Notes under the pieces: model-generated
Database searches by the model: none
The model's input: only the letters and a program-made list of their open reading frames with translations
What the model was told of the DNA's origin: nothing
Position numbers and translations under genes: made by a program
Part shown: positions 29,826 to 38,984 of the stretch, piece by piece
Position numbering within the stretch: the first letter of the stretch is position 1
Layout: each line of letters begins with the position of its first letter
Virus record (IMG/VR): IMGVR_UViG_3300031994_002305
Location: 101,073-165,072 of that record
DNA length: 64,000 nucleotides
Direction: 5' to 3' (one strand)
Source of the DNA: a virus
Lineage: Duplodnaviria > Heunggongvirae > Uroviricota > Caudoviricetes

Positions 29826-29896
29826 GCCGACATACTAGAAATAGTCACTGTAACAGTTAGGCATACTTATTCTTCACGAATAGGTATGCCTTTTTT
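29826..29896 (+). ncRNA. candidate Y-like small RNA plus terminator downstream of TROVE
   Basis: GCCGAC...TAGGC closing two hairpins (ACTA-GAAA-TAGT, ACTG-TAA-CAGT); 14-bp terminator stem 29859-29891 plus U-tract. Confidence 0.4.
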
Positions 29897-30119
29897 CTTT
29901 TTAAATATATTAAGTTTTAATTATGACAGAAGATGAAATTAAAAGACATGAAGAATGGTACAATTATTATTTTGGTTATTCACATCTAACACCAGAAAGA
30001 AGATGTAGACGTGGTGCATTAACCTTAGAATCAAAGTATTAATAAAAATATTTAATTTATAATTATGGGAGATTGGGAATATGATTGGGAAGATTAATAC
30101 ATATATTTAAAATTGTATT

Positions 30120-30248
30120 ATGACATTAGATGAAGCAATTAAACATTGTAGAGAGAAATCTCAAGGTTGTTCAGAATGTGCTAATGAACATTATCAATTG
30201 ATGGAATGGTTGATTGAATTGAAAAAATATAGGGAAGCTAACGAATAG
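30120..30248 (+). CDS. small phage protein MTLDEAIKHC...CANEHYQL
   Basis: 42 aa hand translation; recurrent phage motif. Confidence 0.6.
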   Translation: MTLDEAIKHCREKSQGCSECANEHYQLMEWLIELKKYREANE

Positions 30249-30262
30249 CTTCCCTATTTTTA
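30229..30262. terminator. bidirectional terminator
   Basis: ATAGGGAAGCTA-acgaa-TAGCTTCCCTAT plus T-run, at a convergent junction. Confidence 0.8.
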
Positions 30263-30766
30263 TTGTTGATTTTTTAATGATTCATTAATTTCAAGATTAG
30301 CTTCAGATTCAGCTTTCTGTTTTCTTTTCATTAGTTCTTCTAATTCTTTTTCTTTCTTTTCGATTTCTTTTAAAAGACCTTCAAGTTTTTGTTTTCCCTT
30401 AGAATTAATAAACTCTTGTATAACTTCTTTTGAAGTTCCAATATAAATTGATCCTATTTCCTCACCAAATCCATAAAATTCTACTTGATGTTTTTCATCA
30501 GTATAATCAATAGATCCAAAATGATATTCTGTATAATGATCAACTTTATATTCATTTTCAGAAAGATAAATATAAATATAGTACGAATCAAATTTTGAAC
30601 CCTTTTCCATTTTTACCTTCTTAATATCAGTTACTGTTGCTTTTACAATTTTTGATTCCCCATCTTTTAAAAGATATACTGTTGTACCTTTACGAGGACA
30701 ATGAATATTTTTGGCATTAGCTTCTAATATTAAATTTTCATTAATTTTTTCGTTTAAGTTTTTCAT
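30260..30766 (-). CDS. CTS-leader hypothetical protein (start MKNLNEKINE)
   Basis: leader motif; C-terminal coiled coil. Confidence 0.75.
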   Translation of the reverse strand: MKNLNEKINENLILEANAKNIHCPRKGTTVYLLKDGESKIVKATVTDIKKVKMEKGSKFDSYYIYIYLSENEYKVDHYTEYHFGSIDYTDEKHQVEFYGFGEEIGSIYIGTSKEVIQEFINSKGKQKLEGLLKEIEKKEKELEELMKRKQKAESEANLEINESLKNQQ

Positions 30767-30770
30767 ATTA

Positions 30771-31109
30771 TTATTTAACATGTGTTTTTATTTCTTGCCA
30801 AATTCGTTTATCAGATTTTGAAAACTCATCATCAGGACAACTTAATACATAATCAGCTGTTTTATTGATAATATCATGATATTCTTTAATAAATGACCAT
30901 TGAACTCTTGAATTATCATCTTCCAATTGTTCTAAAACAGCATTTAATTGTAAAAATTCTTCTTGTTCTTCTTTAGTTAATTTTCCAAAGAATTCATCGT
31001 ATAATTTATATTCTTTCCACATTTGATATGCAATCATAATTGTAAGCATATCTAATTTTCTTAGAGTACCTGATTTACCTTCGCTTATTATATCTTTAAT
31101 ATTTTTCAT
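30771..31109 (-). CDS. CTS-leader hypothetical protein
   Basis: starts MKNIKDIISE. Confidence 0.75.
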   Translation of the reverse strand: MKNIKDIISEGKSGTLRKLDMLTIMIAYQMWKEYKLYDEFFGKLTKEEQEEFLQLNAVLEQLEDDNSRVQWSFIKEYHDIINKTADYVLSCPDDEFSKSDKRIWQEIKTHVK

Positions 31110-31486
31110 TTCATTTGATTAATATAATTAGTTATTTTGGATTTTTTCTTAATATCTTCATATGGAATCAACTTTTTATCAATAATCTTTTTAGCAATAT
31201 TCATGATTGCATATTTTTCATAAGCTTCCTGTGAAGAATAATTTTCTTTTAATTCCCAAAAATAATCATTGATTGCTCTTCTTGTTTTATTTGATTGAAT
31301 TTTATATACCCATGCATTATCATATTTACTAATACAAAGTATTAAATCTTTTATCTCATCATATTCAAAACATATACCTGAAATATGTTGGGCCGTTTCC
31401 CATGGAAGTTTAAAACCATCAACACCTAAAACTAGCCAATATTCTTTATTTTGTGATTCATTTATATATTCTTTTAATTGTTTCAT
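31106..31486 (-). CDS. CTS-leader hypothetical protein
   Basis: starts MKQLKEYINE. Confidence 0.75.
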   Translation of the reverse strand: MKQLKEYINESQNKEYWLVLGVDGFKLPWETAQHISGICFEYDEIKDLILCISKYDNAWVYKIQSNKTRRAINDYFWELKENYSSQEAYEKYAIMNIAKKIIDKKLIPYEDIKKKSKITNYINQMK

Positions 31487-31489
31487 AAT

Positions 31490-31792
31490 TTATCTCCATT
31501 TATGTTTTAATATTAATAATTGTTGTACTTTAACAGTTTTAGGTACATTATAATTTTCTTGATCAAAATCTAATGTTTTAATAGTTCCAACAAGTTTTTG
31601 GCTATCCCATTCTTCCAATATTCCTCTATAAAGACGTGGAGTTTTCGTATTATTATCCATCATCTTGTCTTTAATGCCATCTTCATAATAAAACATAACA
31701 TCTTCAGGAATTTTCATATTTTCTCCAAGAACATCAAAATGATTTTCTGAAGAATCATTAGTTTCATTTATGATATCTTTAATATCTTTCAT
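31490..31792 (-). CDS. CTS-leader hypothetical protein
   Basis: starts MKDIKDIINE. Confidence 0.75.
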   Translation of the reverse strand: MKDIKDIINETNDSSENHFDVLGENMKIPEDVMFYYEDGIKDKMMDNNTKTPRLYRGILEEWDSQKLVGTIKTLDFDQENYNVPKTVKVQQLLILKHKWR

Positions 31793-31812
31793 ATTTAATA
31801 TTTCCTATATTT

Positions 31813-32238
31813 TTAATATCCGATACAACAACTCATATCATATGTATCAAATGGATCATCAACAGTTCCTGCTGCATGACAATTAAGTGTTCCAACCATA
31901 AATGGATCTTCTGCTCCTTTTACGTAGATTTCAACTTTGTATTGTTTCCATTGTGACATACCATCTTTTGATTTACGATATCCACCATCATCAGGAGCAA
32001 TAGTAACTTCATATTCGTGAGGTGCATTTTTTATATTCTTAAATGCATCTTCAATATCTTTCTTAACCAAGCCAACACCTTCCCAAGCATCATCTCGATA
32101 AAACTTGCCGGTTGTACCTGTCTTTTCAAGTTGTTTATAAATTGCATTTTGAACCTTTTTCTTTTCAGGTGCTTTAATTGATTTATCTAATACACCATCT
32201 GAATATGATTCATTAAGTATATCTTTTAAGTTTTTCAT
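31813..32238 (-). CDS. CTS-leader hypothetical protein
   Basis: starts MKNLKDILNE. Confidence 0.78.
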   Translation of the reverse strand: MKNLKDILNESYSDGVLDKSIKAPEKKKVQNAIYKQLEKTGTTGKFYRDDAWEGVGLVKKDIEDAFKNIKNAPHEYEVTIAPDDGGYRKSKDGMSQWKQYKVEIYVKGAEDPFMVGTLNCHAAGTVDDPFDTYDMSCCIGY

Positions 32239-32246
32239 ATTAATTA

Positions 32247-32837
32247 TTATAATTTTCCAAGTGCAAATCCTTTAATAAACCATTCAGATGTTTTATCTTC
32301 ACCTTCCCATTTTACATCATATCCTTTATATGAATTAACAGGTGCATTTAATTTAAGATTACCTGATTTAACATTATCTTCAACATCTTTATGAGATATA
32401 ACCTTAAATGATTTAGCAGTTTTATTGATTAAAAGATAATAACCATCTTTATTGAAATTAACTAATGATCCTAATGATATAGCTCCAAAATATTTATCAG
32501 ATATCTTTACATCAATAAAGTAAACAGGTTTATCATTTTTCATAATAATTAAGTCACCATTTTGGGCATCAAATTCACTCTTTTCCTTTTGACTTAATTT
32601 ATTAAAATCACCATCTTTTACTTTTGAATAATATTCAGCAGTTCCAATAATTGTAAAATCACCTTCATTAAAATCTTTTGTAATTAAAAGTTCGTTTTCT
32701 TTTTGTTTATCAAATTTATCTGGATCTTGTTCTGACCATGATTGTAATTTACTATAATCAACAGAACCCATCATTCTTTTAATCATTGGCATTAATTCAC
32801 TTAATGATTCAAATAAATATGTTTTTAATGTTTTCAT
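32247..32837 (-). CDS. CTS-leader protein, possible PD-(D/E)xK nuclease
   Basis: starts MKTLKTYLFE; GDLII...FIDVK motif. Confidence 0.5.
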   Translation of the reverse strand: MKTLKTYLFESLSELMPMIKRMMGSVDYSKLQSWSEQDPDKFDKQKENELLITKDFNEGDFTIIGTAEYYSKVKDGDFNKLSQKEKSEFDAQNGDLIIMKNDKPVYFIDVKISDKYFGAISLGSLVNFNKDGYYLLINKTAKSFKVISHKDVEDNVKSGNLKLNAPVNSYKGYDVKWEGEDKTSEWFIKGFALGKL

Positions 32838-32879
32838 AATTTATATGTATGTATTTTAAATCTTTTATAATTACTTATT

Positions 32880-33128
32880 TTATTTTTCTCTAAGTTTTAA
32901 TTCAATTTTATCTCCAGGTTTTGACATATCAGCAATTGTTTCATAAAATGATTTAATAATATGAAAACGATTTTCTTCTTTATTTAAATCATATTTCATT
33001 GATTTCATACCTTTTTCTAAGCAATCTTGAAGTTCATCTAATTCATCAACATTTAATAATATTGTTGAATCTGATGAATATACTTTTGGTGTTCTTGATT
33101 CTTTTATTTTATTAATTAAGTTTTTCAT
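32880..33128 (-). CDS. CTS-leader hypothetical protein (start MKNLINKIKE at 33128)
   Basis: leader motif; the track's upstream extension overlaps the previous gene. Confidence 0.7.
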   Translation of the reverse strand: MKNLINKIKESRTPKVYSSDSTILLNVDELDELQDCLEKGMKSMKYDLNKEENRFHIIKSFYETIADMSKPGDKIELKLREK

Positions 33129-33145
33129 AATATGTAATTGTGTAT

Positions 33146-33901
33146 TTAATCTCCTTGATATTTGCCTTGTCCATATCCCCTTGACCAAGCAAGTTTTTCG
33201 TGATCTGTTAAGCTGTTCCACCATTTATCCCAAGCTTTTGCAGCTTTTTGTTTTTCTTCTTCATCTTTTCTTCGTTTTTCAATTTCAGCTTTTTCTTTAT
33301 TATCAGCTTCTTTAGACCATTCTTCAAGATGTTTAATATCTTTTAATTCTTTAATTTTTTCATCACGTTCTTTATTAAATTGTTCGTTATTCAATTTAAA
33401 CTCTAATACATTATTGCCTGCATCAATAACTGTTACTGAAATTTTTCCTTTCATAAATGGCTTAATCATTTTAAACCAATCATTCCAATCTTTATTATAT
33501 TTATCATAATTATATTCTACAAATTTATGAGAATACCATGCACCAGCCCAAGTGTATTCTTGAATTTCTGGTATTTCAGTCCAATCTTTCGTATTCTCTT
33601 TGTTTGGAAATTTCTTATATGTTATTTTATCTGCAGGTAATGGAAGTCTAATCATTTGATTATAATTATTAACAAACTTAACTATTTTTCCTTCATCCTT
33701 TTCAGTTTGTTCTTCTTTACCAATACTGAAAAATATTTTGTAAATATTTGATTTTGTTATTTTATAATCTTTATTTTTTGGGCCTTCATTATAAATATCA
33801 AATGTATAGGGTAATTTAATTATGTCTTTACCTTCACCTATGATTTTAAAACATTCATCTTTTAATGAAGTCTCATTAATATAAGTATTTAAAGTTTTCA
33901 T
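33146..33901 (-). CDS. CTS-leader hypothetical protein
   Basis: starts MKTLNTYINE; C-terminal coiled coil ending GYGQGKYQGD. Confidence 0.78.
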   Translation of the reverse strand: MKTLNTYINETSLKDECFKIIGEGKDIIKLPYTFDIYNEGPKNKDYKITKSNIYKIFFSIGKEEQTEKDEGKIVKFVNNYNQMIRLPLPADKITYKKFPNKENTKDWTEIPEIQEYTWAGAWYSHKFVEYNYDKYNKDWNDWFKMIKPFMKGKISVTVIDAGNNVLEFKLNNEQFNKERDEKIKELKDIKHLEEWSKEADNKEKAEIEKRRKDEEEKQKAAKAWDKWWNSLTDHEKLAWSRGYGQGKYQGD

Positions 33902-33907
33902 ATATAA

Positions 33908-34507
33908 TTAATTTAATTTCTTTCCCATGAATCTTTGTTCAATTTGACCATTTTTTAATATTTTAATACGTTCTTGAATTGATATATGATTTATTCTTTC
34001 TCCTCTAAATAATGTTTTAATTATAATATCTACTTTTGGGCCATTTTCTTCAAGTAACCATATTGCCCATAATGTTTTTTCAGTAGGTCTTGCACCATCT
34101 GGAATTAAGCGTTGATTCTCTTCTTTTAAATAACATTGACATTCAATAGTCCATGCATTAACTTTTCTTTTATCATATCTATTAAAAAATGGTTTTAACT
34201 TACCATCATAATTTAATTCCATTATGTCATTCCATGCATATTTAAACATATCAATAATTTCTTGACGATCAATTTTTTCGCCATCACCACCCTTTTCAAC
34301 TGGACGTTCTAATCTATCTTCAGCGTGTGTTCCCATTTTAAGTTCATCACCATCATTTGAAGTATAAACTGTGCGATTTCCTTCAAGAATCATTTGACGA
34401 AACTCATTAGATAAAAATTCTAATGAACTTTCATCTAATTCAAATATAATGTTTCCTAATTTATTTTCCAAAGAATTACGATTTAAATATTCTAAAATTG
34501 AATGCAT
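33908..34507 (-). CDS. hypothetical protein, first gene of the - strand cluster
   Basis: 199 aa; THAEDRLER motif. Confidence 0.75.
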   Translation of the reverse strand: MHSILEYLNRNSLENKLGNIIFELDESSLEFLSNEFRQMILEGNRTVYTSNDGDELKMGTHAEDRLERPVEKGGDGEKIDRQEIIDMFKYAWNDIMELNYDGKLKPFFNRYDKRKVNAWTIECQCYLKEENQRLIPDGARPTEKTLWAIWLLEENGPKVDIIIKTLFRGERINHISIQERIKILKNGQIEQRFMGKKLN

Positions 34508-34593
34508 AATGTTTATTAACCTATTCTATAAATAAAAATAAATTTATATGATTATATTAATTATCTATTTAATTATAATTTTTTCATATAATA

Positions 34594-34642
34594 TTTGAAT
34601 AATATAAAAAAACGACTATATTATATATTGTAATCAAACAAA
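34594..34642 (+). promoter_or_regulatory. repeated early-type promoter with AATCAAACAAA leader
   Basis: TTTGAA-17-TATATT. Confidence 0.7.
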
Positions 34643-34649
34643 TTTAAAT

Positions 34650-35352
34650 ATGACAAAGAAAGAAAAGCTTGCAAATGAGTACATCGCACTTCGTAAGGAA
34701 TTTGATGGTGATGATTTTAAGCCAGGTTTGACTGAGAACCAGATTTGGTGGCTAGTTCGCGAGTTTAAAGTTTATCAGTTGGAAGATAAGATTGACGCTG
34801 TAAATAGAGCTATTAAAGAGAAAAAACTTCGTTTGAAGAAGGAAGCATACTTTGAAACCCCCAGAAGGTAAAGCATATAAAGCAGACATAGAAAGTCAGA
34901 TTGAGAAATATCGTAATGACTACAGAACAATGCACGATGAATTTCAGAATTGGATTATTTCTGAAGTAAATCGTATGTGCCCAGGTGGTTGGACTGCTCA
35001 TGTATCTTTCGGATATAAAAGTGGTAATGTAGAGATTGGTCTTATAAATCGTGATCCTGAAAGAAATTCTTCAATGCAGTTTGGTCATGAGTTTACAATT
35101 TATTTCGACGGATATACTTTTGATAAAAAGACTCCTAGATTTGAACTTAATTATGGATGTCTTGGCTGTTTTGATTTGTTTAATGATAAGACTCGTCCTT
35201 TATATTTAAATGGACTAGCTACTATTTCAAACAATAAGGAATGGCTACAGCTTCTGATGGCAAAGTTTATTGAGTATACTAATAAAGAACATGAGTTATC
35301 AAAGTTTGGTGATGAATTAAATAATAAATTGAAGAATCCATTTAATGATTAA
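34650..35352 (+). CDS. single hypothetical gene split by a +1 frameshift at a C5 run
   Basis: TTT GAA ACC CCC AGA AGG TAA; skipping one C gives FETPEGKAYK and one continuous ORF. Confidence 0.6.
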
Positions 35353-35355
35353 AAT

Positions 35356-35715
35356 ATGGTTGTAAAGTATAAAGTTTCTGGAGTAATTGAAATTGACTTA
35401 GATAAAGAAGAAATTAAGGAATTTCAAACTCAACAAAGTGAAACTATGAAGAAAGAATATCTTAATGAACTTCTTCATAATCGTTTACGCGGATGTGAGA
35501 CAACTCTTGAAGGTGAGTTAAGTCAAAATATTAATTTTGATGAACTTTATGTGGAAAGTGACTGGGATAGATATGCTGGTAATATGAAATCAAAAAATGA
35601 ACTATATGGCAGTCCATTAGGTATATCTATTGAAGGAATTTCTACAACTCCTTATGAGGAATATGAAAACGCTATGTATGAAATTGGTAAACGTAAAAGG
35701 AATAAAAAACATTAA
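35356..35715 (+). CDS. hypothetical protein
   Basis: 119 aa ORF. Confidence 0.75.
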   Translation: MVVKYKVSGVIEIDLDKEEIKEFQTQQSETMKKEYLNELLHNRLRGCETTLEGELSQNINFDELYVESDWDRYAGNMKSKNELYGSPLGISIEGISTTPYEEYENAMYEIGKRKRNKKH

Positions 35716-35718
35716 CAT

Positions 35719-36102
35719 ATGAATATGGAAAAGACATTTGCAGATATCAAAGTTGGAGATATTATTTTTTGGGGTGCAATTGGTATGGATCATATTGCAA
35801 CAACAATTGTTACTGATACACATCTTAATCTTGATGGTGAACATCTCCCTAAGGTTTGTGAAGTAACATTCAAAACAAATGAAGGATTTGAGTTCGATAT
35901 TAATAATTGTCTTTTGAATAAGCATAATTGTGTTATCTTTACTCATCAAGTAAATGGTAATGCTATTTATGTTGGAACATCAAAATATGCTGTAGCTAAA
36001 AACATTATTAAATATCTTGATAATAAGATTAATTTTTGGACAGCACGAAAAGAAAGATTTGTTAATCATTTGGTTGAAGATGATATGGAGATTAGACTAT
36101 GA
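35719..36102 (+). CDS. hypothetical protein
   Basis: 127 aa; FADIKVGD start. Confidence 0.75.
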   Translation: MNMEKTFADIKVGDIIFWGAIGMDHIATTIVTDTHLNLDGEHLPKVCEVTFKTNEGFEFDINNCLLNKHNCVIFTHQVNGNAIYVGTSKYAVAKNIIKYLDNKINFWTARKERFVNHLVEDDMEIRL

Positions 36103-36554
36103 TAACTAATAGTAATATAACAAATAAAGATAATAAACGACTAGAAGATTGGAATAAAATCAATTCAGATGATCGTTGTTTAATTAATTCATATTCCTTG
36201 AATATTATTACTTATCTTATGGACCATGGTTGGGATATTAATGATAATGCAATTGATAAGATTCAAGATACATTCGTAGATTTTTATAAAACAATAAAAA
36301 ATTATGAAGACCTATAATTTGAATTGTGGTGACATGTTTGGGCGAAATGATGTTGCTACAGAATTATATAATTCAAAGTTTGTTCCTTATTTGGAAAAAA
36401 TAGGAATTAAAAAAGATAAAGAACTAGATAATATATTCTCAATTGTTAAAAATATTGTGGAGGAAGCTACTTCTAATGCAAGAATTGAAACAGAGTGGGA
36501 ATTAAATGCTGGAGAAGGAGTATAAATAGCAGAATCTGTAAACACCATATCATT

Positions 36555-36626
36555 ATCCCGTAAAATTTTCATATATAATTTGAATTTTTTACGGGATTTA
36601 CTATATTATATTTGTAATCAAACAAA
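36555..36626 (+). promoter_or_regulatory. early-type promoter bracketed by an 11-bp inverted repeat
   Basis: ATCCCGTAAAA(36555)/TTTTACGGGAT(36587) flank TTTGAA(36579)-17-TATATT; AATCAAACAAA leader. Confidence 0.65.
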
Positions 36627-36636
36627 TATTAAATAT

Positions 36637-36936
36637 ATGAAGAATTTTATTCCTGTTAAGAAATACAAAAAAGTTAATTCAATAACATTTGGTAATATGT
36701 CTGATAATTCACGAAATGGACATAATTACTATATGGGTTTTGGCGATCCTAAGGATATTATTCTTGAAAGTATTAATTGTGAAGGTATTTATGTTTATGA
36801 TAGAATTAACAGTTTATGCAAGATGGGTGAAACTGTTCTTACTATCTCTAATATGATTGGTTTTCATAAGTCAAGTATCTTTGATACAAACTGTTCTGAT
36901 ACAGATGAGTTTGGATTTGTAATGGTTGAATATTAA
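36637..36936 (+). CDS. hypothetical protein (true start MKNFIPV)
   Basis: follows promoter/leader. Confidence 0.7.
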   Translation: MKNFIPVKKYKKVNSITFGNMSDNSRNGHNYYMGFGDPKDIILESINCEGIYVYDRINSLCKMGETVLTISNMIGFHKSSIFDTNCSDTDEFGFVMVEY

Positions 36937-36945
36937 AACATAATT

Positions 36946-37335
36946 ATGACAAACGAATATATTAATTATCCTGTAGGAACTTGTTTCAAGGAAGTTTGTG
37001 AAGGTAAGCCTTGTTATTATATTATTGGTGAATACTTTGTATACTGTAATGATTATGATTGTCCACAAATTCGTCCTTGGAAGTTTAATCCTTCTGAATG
37101 TACAATAATTATTTCTAATGAGGAGAAAAAGGAATTAATTGAAGCATTTAAGAAAAATCATTTGATTTGGAATGATGAAACTGGAAAGCTTGAACGAGAA
37201 TATGAAGAGATTACGTTAAGTGTAAAAGTTAAGGTTAAACCAGGTACAGATATTAATAAATTACTTGAAAGACTTAATGACCCTCATAATGAGCTCCCTT
37301 GGTATATTTATAATAGAACATATGAAGAATTTTGA
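36946..37335 (+). CDS. hypothetical protein
   Basis: 129 aa ORF. Confidence 0.7.
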   Translation: MTNEYINYPVGTCFKEVCEGKPCYYIIGEYFVYCNDYDCPQIRPWKFNPSECTIIISNEEKKELIEAFKKNHLIWNDETGKLEREYEEITLSVKVKVKPGTDINKLLERLNDPHNELPWYIYNRTYEEF

Positions 37336-37622
37336 TTATGAATAAAAAAGAATTACTACAATTATTGAAAAATAATCTTAAAATAAAGCTTACTGCAAGT
37401 AATGAATATTGTGATAATGGATTTGAAATAACTGCAAAAATCATATTTGATGGTGAATGTATATCAGAATCTTCAGAGTATATAGATTTTAGGTAATTAT
37501 GAAGAAAAATATTAACTGGAAACTTATTAAAGATATATGTCTTTTTATAATATATTTAACTGGAGTAATAATTGTATGTTTACCATTATGTTATAATTTT
37601 TATTTATTACATTTTAAATAAT

Positions 37623-38984
37623 ATGAATAAAAAAACACTTCATTTTACTGTTGGTCCATTGATTGGCGAGCATCTTCTTGAAATCGCACAGACAAATATT
37701 TCAAATGGAAATGTTGAATATGGTGCTAATGTATATAAGACGGCGTTTGCTGGTTTTACTGATGAATTGACTCTTAAGGTATTGAAGAATCAGTTAGTTG
37801 TTATAACTGATGAAGATGGTGAAGGAATTCATTTGACTGACAAGGAAAATGAAATTAAAGCCAATGCTCATAATATTTTAGATTGGGAATATATTATGAA
37901 GAAAAGACATAATAATCTCAGAGATCTTTTGCAGAGTCTTCTTTATACAGAAGAAAAATTTCAGAAATACTATAATGGGAATATTCGTAATTATAGTATG
38001 ATTGGTATGATGAAGCGTTACTATACTGATGAAGAAATGAAGGTTATGAGTGGTACAGCAAATATTGCTGCTCGTATTTGTGGGCATCCTAATTGCAAAG
38101 TTTGTTCTAAAGGTAATTCAAATCCACAATCAATTTGGGATAGAGTTGAAGGACGAGTTGAAAGATACCTTGAAAATCCTGAAGGATATGAATATGATAT
38201 GCCAGCAAAATGGGAGATTGTTCTCGTATTGACTGTTAAGTATAACAAACTTATTCGTATGCTTCAGAAGGAATATATGAATTATGAAAATACATATTTG
38301 TTCCTTGTTGAAAATGATTTTATTAAGAAGCCATTATATAACGAAACATTTATTGAGAATGTAGTTTCTTCTCTTGTAAAATTCTGTGATACTGGAGAAG
38401 GTTATTATCATCCTCTTTGTAATACTGGGCTTTATGATTATAAGGAGAATCTTTATAAAGATCTTTTAAAAACAAAATATGGCAAGGAATATATTCAGAA
38501 TGGTATTATTAAAAATGATATCATGGATGGATATGATGCAGGTTGGCTTTCTCCTGATGGTGAGTTCTATGGAGCAAATGGTGAGACATCTGCAATGATT
38601 CATATGAATTTGGCTGACCAGATTTTTGATGGAAACAGTATTTATGCTAATCAGATGGCTAAAGATGGTATTTCAAAAATTGGTGGAATCGACTCTCCAG
38701 ATTATTGGCTTGAAAAGCATGGTTGGATTAAGATTCACCATGATGATTGCTATGGTTCATTTATTGGACGTCGTAATGAGGAGCCAACACCTGATTATCC
38801 TTATGCATATGTTCCTACTGCAATTCAGGTCAAGATGATTTGTGATTATGCAGATAAGTTCTATGGAGGTAAGTTCTATACTGAAGCAAATGTAATGGGT
38901 AGAGATTTTCATCCTGATGCAAATAAGACATATGCAGTAAGGCAGATGGATGATATTATGTTGCATGAAATTTTTGGAAGGTAA
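37623..38984 (+). CDS. large hypothetical protein (GWLSPDGEFY...H motif)
   Basis: ATG at 37623; about 453 aa. Confidence 0.8.
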   Translation: MNKKTLHFTVGPLIGEHLLEIAQTNISNGNVEYGANVYKTAFAGFTDELTLKVLKNQLVVITDEDGEGIHLTDKENEIKANAHNILDWEYIMKKRHNNLRDLLQSLLYTEEKFQKYYNGNIRNYSMIGMMKRYYTDEEMKVMSGTANIAARICGHPNCKVCSKGNSNPQSIWDRVEGRVERYLENPEGYEYDMPAKWEIVLVLTVKYNKLIRMLQKEYMNYENTYLFLVENDFIKKPLYNETFIENVVSSLVKFCDTGEGYYHPLCNTGLYDYKENLYKDLLKTKYGKEYIQNGIIKNDIMDGYDAGWLSPDGEFYGANGETSAMIHMNLADQIFDGNSIYANQMAKDGISKIGGIDSPDYWLEKHGWIKIHHDDCYGSFIGRRNEEPTPDYPYAYVPTAIQVKMICDYADKFYGGKFYTEANVMGRDFHPDANKTYAVRQMDDIMLHEIFGR

